From Selaginella moellendorffii (taxonomy: Eukaryota; Plantae; Lycopodiophyta), in the NCBI RefSeq assembly GCF_000143415.4, contig NW_003314277.1:1330493-1394492 (forward strand): 64,000 bases of DNA, in the 5' to 3' direction. Below are positions 12,582-23,812 of this stretch, in pieces. The notes under the pieces were generated by a model, which saw only the letters and a program-made list of their open reading frames with translations, was not told where the DNA came from and did no database searches. Within the stretch, counting starts at the first letter, position 1. The number at the start of each line of letters is the position of its first letter. The position numbers and the translations under genes were made by a program.

Positions 12582-15500
12582 GCGAGGAATTGCGTTCTTC
12601 TTCCAGCCACTGTCAATGTGGATGCAGAGAAGGGGGAGGAGCTCACCAGTTGGACTTTCGGGATGGAAGGCGAGGATCTGATGCTGTACAACACAGATGG
12701 TGGGAGAAAAGAATGCATGGGGATCCTCATCCAAGTGACAAACACTCCATGCAGTTCCATGCAAGAATATGGACTGGCACTTGTGGTAGAGACAGCGTCC
12801 GCCTTCAAGATCCACCTTGCACATCCTAGCGGCTTCCCGGAGGGGGGCAGCGGCTATGAGGAATTCCTAGAGGGAGCTAGGGAGAGGTTGTCCAGGAGGC
12901 CCACAATTTCAAAGACGCTGCGGGTCTATGAAGATCACATGGAATCCACGGACCTCACCTACGGCGATGTTCAAAAACTATATTCCAACATTGAGCCGTT
13001 GAGAGTGCCTCCAGTTTGCGAAGCGAAGGGGAAGGGGGTCGATCTGGAAACTACCCCGAAGCAGAAAAGGGTGGTCAAGCTCAAGCCGACGTCCGACTCT
13101 GCTGCTCCAAAAAAGAAGCTACTCGGTGATGCCATTGCCTCGGGTTCGAACACTACACCCACCAAAAAGAAGAGCCGCAAAGAGCAGAAAGAGCAAGAAG
13201 AGGCAGCAAAAATCGTCGCAGATAATAGTACTTGTTACTATTCCAACAAAGTATATACAATCGACGTGAGCCGTATCGAGATCCAAAGCAAATACAACCA
13301 CAGGCTAGTATCTGATGAGTGGGTGGAGAAACTGAAGCAGAAGATGCTGGCAAGTCCAGTAACACCCGACATCGCAGACGTGATCCCCTACTACCGAACA
13401 ATGAAGGGCGAGACGAGGTTTCCAGACTTGATCAATAGGAAGGTGTTGGACGATCAGAACATCCGGTTCTATGCCGTCTCCGGGCAGCATTCTAGCTTGG
13501 CGATGCAACAGATAGTTGTGGATATTATGGTGGGCGAGGAGGTGAAGAAAGTCTTCAAGACAAGAGTTGTCCGCCTGATAAAAGGCAACTCGCCCCTCCG
13601 ATCTATCATATACATCTCCCACGCGCAAAATGTCAAGCAAGAAACGTGCTACAAATCGGGTCTGCACGAGACATTGGCACGAACACGGAAGCTCTGGGTT
13701 CAACTGAAGAAGCCACAAAAACCAGGACAAGGACGTGCACTAGCAACTAGCGCCTGGCAGGTAAGCCTCGTTGCATGTGGCATAGCATGTGGCCTCACGC
13801 CATTTCCATTGCAGGAATTCTCGAGTCTTCTCTCGAAAACACTGGGGGTCAATGACACACTCAGCATCCATAACATTCTACTCGCGACAAAAGTTGTTTT
13901 TGACAAATGGGTAGATGTGCTAAGGAGGTACCATGACGGGGAGTTGCTAAACTCAATGGGTGTGGAGGACGGCCGGAAGCCCAATGATTTGAAGCTCAAC
14001 GCCTTGCGTTTCTCGCGGTCTCTAGACGACGACGACCTTCTGACAGTGGCTAATGCTCTTCTACGTGGTGAGGTAGTCTTCAACAAGACCAAAATGACTC
14101 CCGGCCATATTGTGACATACGAGGACTTGTGCACGACTCTGAGAGCTCGTGCGCTATTGAAGGATTGGATCTTCGAGCAAGTGGCCGTGGCGAGGGTGAG
14201 CATCGACACCACGCAAGAGATGATGGAAGAGCTGGACTTGTCAAATGAAGACATCGACGAGTACGTGAAGGGGGCCCCCAAGTTCATCGATCTGCTGCGG
14301 GATGCCACGAAAAGTAAAGCTGAGAAGTTGGATCAGTATCCAAATTTCATTAAGAGGGATGTCGACCGCCGGCTTCAGAAACAGCTCGACCCCGCAGCAG
14401 AGGCCTATCGAGAACCTTACCGGGTATACGTGAATTCGGATGAGGATCAAAGGTGGAGGAGCATCGTTTCCCGCGGAGATGAGCAGGTCAAGAACATCTT
14501 TTGTGTGATGGACTTCACAAACGAGGAGATCACTCATGCAGACGAAGTCAGCTCCATCATTGACTTAATGGTGGGACTTGCGGAGGTGGAATCTTCAGTC
14601 CACTATATGATCTACGACTCCGAATCCTATCACAAGTTCTGGAAGGCCTTGAACGAGGTGAAGGCTCGGTTGAAAGGCAAGGAGATGCGGGAGATCCATG
14701 GGATAATGGCTAAGAAGAAGATACCGACGAATGTCCGCATCTTCACAGTCGCCCTTGTTATTGGTCCTGCAGCAGAGTGGGACTGGAGTGACTTCCCAGC
14801 TTCGTTCAACAAAGCCGATCGAATTGATCTGAGGGAGGTCAATTTACCCGTGCCTGAGGAACTGAAGACGGCTATGGAGCTTTCGAATCCAAAGAAAGCT
14901 CCAGGTGCAGCATGGGAAATGCTCAGCTGGGTCTTCAACGCAATAGCGGGTGACTCCAAGGGCAAATGCGTTGTCGAGTACAACTGCGGCGGACTATTCT
15001 TTCGAGCCGCACTACTNNNNNNNNNNNNNNNNNNNNNNNNNNNNNNNNNNNNNNNNNNNNNNNNNNNNNNNNNNNNNNNNNNNNNNNNNNNNNNNNNNNN
15101 NNNNNNNNNNNNNNNNCATGTTGGGCCGAGCTCACAACCTGCACAAGGTAAGGTCACGTGAGGCCTCACGCCATTTTGATTATAGATCGTTGTGAATATT
15201 CAGACACGAGGACTGAAAAGCGCACTGGTGGCGCGTCGAAGAAGGACAAACAGACAAGCAATAGGAAAAAAGGAGGTACAAATTATATTTGCAATGGCGT
15301 GTGGTCTCATGCCATTCCTTGCAGGAGACACTTCTTCAAAGGCAAAACAGGCAAGCACCAGCCAAGCTCAAACTGACAGTGGTCATAAAAAGCGAAAGCA
15401 CGTTGGACAGTCGTCGGGATCAGAGGCGTTTGATTCGAAAAGGAAGAAGGGCAACGAAAAGATGATAGGTAATGCCTCGCGGTTATGGCGTGTGTGCTCA

Positions 15501-17844
15501 TGCCATTCATTGCAGATCAAGGGCTGAGTGAAAGGAGCCAGTCACCACCTTCTGACTCAGATTCCTATGGCGGACTCCCCTTCCCCAATCTCAATGGAGA
15601 GGTACAATGGATGAGGGATGCTTTTCAAGTCAGGGCCACGTTTTTCTCATCTCGTCATCTTCGAAGGGTGCAAGAACGTGCAGAAACCATGTTAAGACAG
15701 TCGGGTGAGGATACGGTCCTAGGTCACGCACTAAAACAGGCTATGGATGTCTTGTATTTTGAGATGGAGACTCGGCCAGATGATTTTTCCAAGATGGTCC
15801 TGGAAAAACAAGCAATCCAGCCTGAGCAGCCTATGGAAGAAATGCAAGAGGGGGATGAGGAGCCAGAGAAAGATAATGAGCAGGAAGAGCAGAAGGACGA
15901 AGAGGAGGACAAAGAAGAGGAGGACGAAGAAGAGGAGGACGAAGAAGAGGAGGACGAAGAGGACTTGGATGGTCCTCACAATGGTGACGATCACAATAAC
16001 GACGATGACGATGATGACGATGATGGCCAGCCTGAGGTGGCCAAAGAGCAGCGGAGGAAGGTCATACAAGACAAACCATCAGGTAAATAATAGTACATCC
16101 ATTCCTAACCTTTTACCATTTCTAACATTGTCCATGTAGGTTGCAGAAGAAATGGTAAGTAGAGATTATTCAGTTGAATTAAGATACAAACTCTAGCCTT
16201 TAGTGTCGAGGAAGGATAGTGCCAAGCAAGGGTCGAAACGTATGTCCAATCCTTCAGAATCAGCAGTGCGCCCAAGTGATATCGGTCCTAGTTCCTCAAT
16301 AGCAGTTGATGGTAAATACAGTATAGTCGATTCAATGTGCTAATGAGTTTGTTTTTAGTAGCACGGGAGGATACCATCTCAATCGAAGGGAGATATTTGG
16401 ACATGCATATGGATCCGCCAGTGGACTCTACTTGCCTGCAAGAGTCATCAGAGCTGGTGGAGGCTACTATCCATATCAACGCCAAGCAAGCTGACCACGC
16501 TCCACTTGATGCTGCCCATACCACTGAGTCAATCTTGTCCACGTATCCAACTGACGGTGACCAGGCGCCATTGGACCCGCATGAGGCCGCCCCAGCCGCC
16601 GAGCCGGTCGTATCCTCATTTCCAACGTGTGCCCAATCGTCTGACTACGCGCCGTTGGAACCTCCCTACACCGCCCCTGCTGCCTGTTCGGTCATGTCCA
16701 CTTTGCCAACGGAGGCACCAGCTGAAATGGCGTGTGATCACACGCCATCGGAACCACCCCATGCCACTGTTGAGCCAGTTGTACCAGAGTCTACAGCTGA
16801 AATGGCATGTGCCCACACGCCATCGGATGCGATTGACCCCACATTGCAGAGGAGAGTATTTCCGCCCTTCACGTTTCCTCGACCAAAACCCTCTGAACGA
16901 CCATCGGGAGCACCATTCGCTAATATTGTAGATGGTAAAATTGACTTGTACCATTTTTTATGCTAACGCATTTCATTTCAGAGTCACGGCGAAAGTACTG
17001 TATCGTTTTTGATCTGAACGGTGTCCTTTTCTCCCATGAGCGTGGCTCGTCCTCGAATGTCACTGCACCCTCCAAAGCCTGCGGTCGCAAGTTGGTCAAA
17101 AGAGACAGATTCACATTAATCACACAGGAGAAACTGCGGGATCTAATAATGACCATGCGACACTTAAAACAGAGGGCCGGGTTCAATTTGCAATTGGGAG
17201 TTTGGACATCCATGATGCGCCACAATGCATTAACGTTGCTACAGATGATGCACGATCAGACGCGAGTAATATTACCATTTGACTTTCTCCTAACGCAGGA
17301 GGATTGCTTGACTATGGTCCATGTGAGGGGTAGCAATCCCATCTTCGTCAAGGCAGAGGCTGTAGTGATGAACCAGACTGCTAGGTCAAGTGAAATCCTC
17401 ATCATCGATGACTCGCCGATTAAAACTGCAGCGAACACGCACACATATGCAGTGCACCCCATCTCTTGCAGTATGGAAACTAGGGAGAAGAAACCGTATG
17501 TTCTGGGGGACCTTGCAAAACGGCTTGAAGCGATGGTGATAGAGAACCGGCCAGTCCAGGAGGTGGCTGCAGAAATCAACCAAATGGCAGATGGAACGGT
17601 ATATCAGAAGCCATTTGATCGGACAGACACCAGTCATCATTTATGGCATGTATATTGTCTAGCCAAGCACTATCCGCATCTCCATAATCTGCTCAACCGG
17701 ATGGGTTCTTCGACCACTGAACATGAGCGTGGACGTATTAGAGAAGAGATGGCATTACTATTGGGTTTAAATCCTGATAGTGTGGAGAGTGATGAAATTC
17801 CAAGATTATTGTATAGGCGTTGGAGGCAAAAAATAACAGTCTGA
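12582..17844 (+). CDS. Transposon cargo gene, spliced, ~1,600 codons: ParB/Srx-like domain + degenerate MTase-like region + acidic linker + FCP1/NIF-type HAD phosphatase-like domain (5' end unresolved)
   Basis: GT-AG introns at 13761-13814, 15148-15203, 15276-15324, 15469-15515, 16083-16139, 16155-16203, 16312-16358 and 16935-16981 link the separate ORFs in one frame. Motifs FYAVSGQHS, CIVFDLNGVLF, VWTS, IIDDSP. Confidence 0.75.
15017..15116. other. Assembly gap (100 N)
   Basis: Run of N. Confidence 1.
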
Positions 17845-18251
17845 GATGGCATGTATTTATTTAAAAATGTAACTTATTATGGCATGGGGTTCCATGCCAT
17901 TGTATTAATATTAAAAGACAATTCTTTGAGAGGATTTGCATTATACTAGAAGTGTTACAGCATGTTATTGGAAGTCTACGAAGTTGTTTTATTAATAAGG
18001 GGAAAGTAAAGATTGAATGGGGACTTGGGCTCCACCTAGACTCGGAGCAACTGAGCCAATATTAAAAGGATGGAAAGAAATTGGACGACGATGACAAGGA
18101 GAAGAGAGAGGTGAAGCAGTGAGAAGTGATTGAGTAGACATTTCCTTGTTTAAAATAAAATGGCATATGCCTCAATGCAGTTGAATTTTGTTATATTTAT
18201 ATACTATATAAAGGTTTGGAAACCTTATTTTACAAGTGGGATAATGACAAT

Positions 18252-18275
18252 TCCCACTTTAACGAAATAGAGCTT
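18252..18275 (-). repeat. Right terminal inverted repeat
   Basis: tcccactttaacgaaatagagctt; an extra inverted AAGTGGGA copy at 18234-18241. Confidence 0.92.
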
Positions 18276-18787
18276 TGGTGAGGAAGTCCCAGAGGACTGT
18301 GGGACTTAGTGGTCGGGCCTGTGGGCCTCGATCCGGTGGCAGTGTTGGCAAACATGGCCAAAGGCAGAAAGGGACTTAGTGGGGACTGACAGAGGGATAT
18401 TGGGGAAGGCTATTTCCCTTGTCAGTGGGCATCCTAAGGATGCTAAGGAGTGGATCTAAGATGACCACTCACGGATGGTGTGCCTAGTCTTGGAGAGCCA
18501 AGACTGTGATGCAAGTGGTATTGGACTACCAGTGTGGCAAAGGTGATTGGGCATGGCCTTAGCATAACAAGCTGCCATGTCGGTGGTACCTTTGAGTGTC
18601 GGTCATGGGATCAGACACGTGGAGCACTTGGACCAAGTGCAAATGTTGAGTGGCATGGATGCCATTCTCGGGGCTATCAAGTCCCAAGTCCCGAATTGGA
18701 CTTATGGAGGTTGTGAATGAGACTCCTCCAAGTGGTCGGAGGTGTGGTTAAGTGACTAAAGTAGAATGGAAAATTTAGTCGCTTACA
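18276..18787 (+). mobile_element. LTR 3' portion ending ...CGCTTACA, abutting a Gypsy RT coding region
   Basis: Inverted homology to 6592-6974 and 2194-2510; CA terminus directly followed by RT codons (KCV..YLG). Confidence 0.75.
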
Positions 18788-21290
18788 AGTGCGTGTTGGG
18801 GTGTAAGGACACAACTTATCTTGGGTACTGTATTTCTCGTGTGGGTTTGCAAGTTGATCCTGACAAACTTGTAGCAATTCTAAAGTTCTGTACTCCGAAG
18901 TGTGTGAATGATGTGCAGCGCTTCCTAGGCAAGGTGCAGTATCTCAGTCGTTTTGTGGATCATTTTTCTGATCACACTGCACCGTTGCGAGCGTTGCTGA
19001 AGTCATCAACATCATTTTTCATATAGTCTTCAGATTGTGAGTGGGCATTTGTGAATCTCAAAGAGCTATTGACGACTCCTCCGGTTTTGGCATATCCTGA
19101 CTACACTCAACCTTTTATTTTGCGCGTAGATGCTTCTGATATTGGTCTTGGAGGTGTGTTAATGCAAGAAAGCCTGAGTGTGCCTGGTCAGCGTCATCCC
19201 ATTGCATATATAAGCTGTACGTTATAACCAGCAGAGGTGAACTACTCCATGACAGAGAAGGAGTGTTTAGTGGTAGTTTGGGGTTTCGAGAAACTTCATG
19301 CATATCTACATGGTTCTCAGACGTTACTTGAAGGTGACCATGCTACTGTTACTTCATTATTGAAGCGGAAGAACTTGGTTGGTCGTACTGCTCAGTGGGC
19401 TTTGAAGCTTCAGATATATGATTTTGATATTGTTCATCGCCAAGGGAATTCTATGGCTGATGTTGATGCCCTTTCTCAAGCTCCTCTTCTTTGTTTGCTC
19501 TCTTCTCATGTTTCTGATGAGTATGTTGTTCCAGTATCTGTGGATTTTCTAGATAAGGATTTTGTGCCGTTGGCGGTTGCTGTACTTGACGTTCAGTGTC
19601 CACAAGGTGCAAAGCACGATCTACCTTCTCTTGATGAGGTTCGCAAGGCTCAAAAGATTGAGCCGTGCATTTGAAGGCTTCGAGATGCGTTTGAGAATCC
19701 TGCACCACTTACTGATGACTTGCCTTTCGGCATTTACATTCTCAATATCGCCTTGAAGATGGCCTTGTTTATTTTGTGGGGACGGATCCTGATGATTATT
19801 TACGGCTGGTGGTGCCTTCTGTCTTTATTCCGCAATTTCTCCATGCCTACCATGATTCTCCTGTTCTAGGTGGGCAAATGGGACATCGTCGTGTGACCAA
19901 GAAGCTGCACAGGTCTTTCTATTGGCCGGAGATGCGACGTGATGTTATCCAATATGTGCGTAGCTGCGTTTGGTGCCAAGCTCGTAATACTCCCCCTTGT
20001 CCTGCGAAAAGACGATTGGAGTCAATTATAGTTTCCCGTCCGTTTGAGTTAGTGGCATTTGATCTTATGGGACCTTTTCCACGGTCGACTGCTGGCAATG
20101 AGTATGTTATTATTGCTTCTGACTACTTGCCTCGTTAGGTGGAAGTTGGTGCTCTTGCTAGTGCCTCTGCAATTGCTGTTGGATACTTCCTCCTCATTCG
20201 AGTGGTGTTCCAGCATTCTTGTCCAGAGCTAATTCTTTCGGATAATAGTCTTGCATTTATGGCTGAGGTATTTCATGTTTTGACGTCTCAGTTGGGGATA
20301 CACTACACTTTCACAAGTGCTTATCATCCACAATCAAACAGTTTGGTGGAACGGATCGTTCAGACATTCAAAGGGATGATTGCGAAGTATGTGAACTTTC
20401 AGCATTCGGATTAGGATGGTTATTTGCCGTCTCTTCGGTATGCCTATGTCACAGGGGTGCAAAGTTTTGTTAGTGTGGCGATGCTAAAAGCTGGGCCTTA
20501 CATCCTCCTCTCCAACATGTATGCTCTTGGCGAGCGCTTGGGTCTCCCATCAAAGTTCTTCCTTCTTCCATCCAATCAAAAATATAAACTTTTATATGGT
20601 CATGATCCAATATTACCAATAGAACTGGGTTTACCTTCGCGATTGCGACGAGCTCCCGATGCTAGGTCATGGGATCAATATTTGACGAGCATTCTTCCAC
20701 TTGTCCGAGCAGAGTCTGCCGAACACTTAGGACGCGTATAAGTGGGACAACAATGGCACTACAACTCCTATCATCGTCCACCTACAGAGTATAAAGTGGA
20801 TGATTTGGTGTTGGTCTGTTTTCCCCATCTTACAGTACGTGGTTTATCTAAGGGGCTCCTTGCGCAGTGGAAAGGACCGTATCGGGTGTTGCGGCAAGTT
20901 GGACCACAAGTTTATGAGGTTCGGCATGACGTTCAGCAGGCCAATCCTCCGGAGATTGTGCATGTGCAGCGGTTAAAACGCTTCATACAAAGGGATCAGG
21001 AGCAGTTAATACCATCTACAGATCCACCAATGCCTCCTCCTGACGTTCCTCCAGATCCCGGCCCATCTACAAGAAAACCCTGAAGGCCTTCTATTGTTCC
21101 GAGAGGAGGGGATGATGTGAGGGCCAAATGTACAGTTACAATGCCGTATATTAATATTAGCGTAGTGGGATTTTGGTAGCCGTTGGATTGGTTTCAATCC
21201 AGACCACTTGCTCTTGTATATAAGCTAGGGTTTTTAGGTTAATTGATATGCACATTCCTGTATTCCCTTTCCATATTCCAAGCACTCACA
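18788..21290 (+). mobile_element. Ty3/Gypsy pol relic (RT end, RNase H, integrase), PPT and partial 3' LTR
   Basis: DVQRFLGKVQY, VDASD, NYSMTEKECL, Zn-binding H/C, FDLMGPFP, AYHPQSNSLVER, WKGPYRV; several stops; PPT GAGAGGAGGGGA 21101-21112 followed by TGTGA at 21116. Confidence 0.92.
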
Positions 21291-21419
21291 AATATAAATA
21301 TTTTAAAAGGTATTATGAAGTAAGAAACTCTACTCTTAAAAACATCAAAAAATGAAAGACAAATTGTACAAATTATCTAATGGAAGGAAAACCAAAACTT
21401 CAATTTTGGATGGAAAGAT

Positions 21420-22300
21420 GTTATATGCTTGCTCCTTATGGTCCTGGAAGAACCTAAAGATGATCACATCTCTGCACTTTCTCACTCCAAGCTGGATGCT
21501 GCTGCTCCTTACATCTTTGAGCTCATGGTCAAAGATGTTGGATGTCTTGCCACCGCCTCCAAAGTCATCAAACTCAGAGAATTCATAGGTAAGTTTATCT
21601 CTGGTGTGTTCTGCCAGGTTTTATTTGGACTTGATCAGCCTGATTGAGAAGCAGACCCTGAGCATCAATGTCGGGAAGTTCATACCACCACTTGATTATC
21701 TTGATCTCCATGGAGTGAACCAGAGAATAAGGGACGATCTGATGCCAAAGTTGCAAACTCGAGATCGAATCCTCGGGCCAGGAATTGATTCCCAAGGACT
21801 GGACGGATGTGCTTCTGTCTCTGCAAGACGCTGCTGATAATAATCTCTCAGACATGGCCCTGCTCACTGTAAGTAAACGCAAAGTTCTTGATCTGGTTGC
21901 AGCTGAATTGACAACATGAAGGGAGCTGTACTGGGTGATGGCAGTCATGCAAAAACCGCATGAAGAAATCCAAGACGCAATTGGGACCAAACGCCTCCTA
22001 CATGCACGCAATCCTGAAAGAGGCATTAGCCAGCTACACGGTTCCTTGGAAAGCGTTCAGGACGAAAGTCTTCTGGGTTAGGCCAATGTTTTTGATCTCT
22101 TCCTATAGGCAGATGTTGATTCGGGAGATGATCCCATTCTCTGCTGGATGCAGGATGTGCCTGGGGCATCCAGTTGCTGTTCGTTTCATCCCCTTCGCAG
22201 TTTTGCAAGCCCAGCCTTCCACCGGATCAAAACTTGGTCGACCTGATAGAGAAACAAGCAAGCTGGCTTCATGGCTAACTTTGCAACTCCCCGGCTGAGC
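21420..22300 (+). pseudogene. Cytochrome P450 fragment (copy A)
   Basis: YMHAILKEAL (K-helix) and IPFSAGCRMCLG (heme motif); frameshifts; PERF segment inverted. Confidence 0.8.
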
Positions 22301-22444
22301 TGCAAATCTCTGTATGAATGAGGGTGAAAACTGTCAATTCACAAAATAAAAAGCATTATGCACTTACATGAACTCATTGAAAATCTGATGAAAACAAGTT
22401 TTCCTAGTCCCATCGAAGAACAAGTTTAAGTTGGCATCGAGGAA

Positions 22445-23812
22445 ACATTCAAACTTCTGTTGTAGCAAGACCTGTAGCACGGTTTCGACGTAAAGGCCGA
22501 GAAGCATCCCTTGAGGCATGTCCTCGGAGCTCAAAACCTCTTGGGCCGATATGCTCTGTTCCTGGTCCGCATGAAATGGTTCCAGTCCTCTTGGACGAGC
22601 TGCAAATCCGCAAGCTTGGAGCGAAGGCCCTGGCAGCAGTTGGCGTGAATGGTGCAAACTCTTTCCATGTCGCTGGCTGGTTCGCAAAACCCACTGAACA
22701 CCTCCGTTGGCATGAACCGGATCTTGGCTCCTATGGCCTGGAACTCTGCGTGGAGCTTGATCCTGTCGAAGACCTCCTGGTCGTGGATGTGGTAGTAGAA
22801 CTTAGCATGCCTGTCCCAGTACTTGAAGAGCTCGATCGTCCGGTTATTGGATCTCACGTGCATCAACCCCGTGTTGTCCTGGTTGTGAATGTCCGTCTCG
22901 TTGCCATTGAAAAAATCGCAAGCCAGATCCACGTCTGCTTCCGGAGAGAAATTCGAGAAGGGATTTCACAACCACAAGACGTCTGCATCCTGGAGACGAT
23001 TCCTGGAGAAGAAGTTAGCACAGGAAGTCAAAGAGAAAGAGGTGCAAATTTCTACCGAGAAGATGAAGTTAGAAGAATGTCTCTGCTGAAAAGTCCACGC
23101 CATTGCTCTCGAGGAGGATGCAGTGCGAATGAGCTTCCAGGCATTTCTTGTGCGCAGATGGATCCAACGTGAAGATCACCAGCGTCGGAAGAAGGCGGGT
23201 TGTATCATCACCAAATCCTTAAAATTATATGTATTTTATTATAACTTAGCCTTTTATATAAGAGTGCATAAAAGTCTATTAAAGTTTTATATTAAAATAT
23301 GCATTTAGAGCAACTTGTTTTCGATAGTGGGGAGCAAGTATTTTAAAACTCATTTAATAAACAAAGAGAATTAATAAAGAAATCAATGCTAGTATTTCTT
23401 TATCTCAGAAATAATTAAAGCTTTTAAATGTAGATAATAACTAAACCACCATACTAGCTTAGCCAGGAAGTAGGATAGCAGTTTTGAAAGCCTTATTCAA
23501 AGGAGTCACGATGACAGTCTTGTTAAAAGCAGCTTCCTTCAGCACAGTTTGAAGATTGTGAAACTTGTCTGCGGTCTGAAAAAATACAAAAAAAGGAAAG
23601 AAAGAAAACAGTAATCAGTCGAATAGAAGAGGATTTAACTTACCAAGCTGTTGATGCTATCAGCGGCAATCCAGGGTAACAGTAGCATCCAAAAGGCTGC
23701 ACTTGTAGGCCAGCTACCTGTTGTACCACTGTGGCTCCAGAGACAAGTCCAGTTGTAGACGCTGAAAATATAGAACAGAACAAGCAAGCCCGGTCTGCTA
23801 CGGCACCTCATC
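22445..23812 (-). pseudogene. Nucleotide-diphospho-sugar transferase (GT77-like) pseudogene (copy A)
   Basis: Homologous to 38513-39713, with deletions, a 3' frameshift and a ~245-bp AT-rich insertion at 23213-23460. Confidence 0.85.

Larger units (their letters stand above)
7201..18180. repeat. Dispersed 22-bp palindrome family ATGGCRTG-N6-CAYGCCAT (~20 copies, confined to the transposon)
   Basis: Copies at ~7519, 7606, 9429, 9486, 11332, 11402, 11500, 12445, 12505, 13782, 15153, 15294, 15485, 16727, 16802, 17879; partial copies near 7201, 8015, 12118, 12154, 12224, 18160. Confidence 0.9.
6975..18275. mobile_element. ~11.3 kb TIR DNA transposon (Sola-like DDD transposase) with a large cargo gene
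   Basis: Perfect 24-bp inverted repeats AAGCTCTATTTCGTTAAAGTGGGA at 6975-6998 and 18252-18275; internal transposase; element-restricted palindrome family; LTR sequence resumes exactly outside both TIRs. Confidence 0.88.

Noticed and set aside
15731-16139. Hydrophobic (VLLFF)n and basic (KKRRT)n ORFs
   Set aside because: Alternative frames of the acidic GAAGAGGAGGAC repeat in the cargo gene.
7201-18180. Palindromic repeats as a CRISPR array
   Set aside because: Spacing is irregular (tens of bp to kb), copies lie in introns and CDS, there are no cas genes, and the context is eukaryotic.
6971-18279. Target-site duplication around the TIR element
   Set aside because: Flanks CTTC and TGGT do not match; none can be supported.
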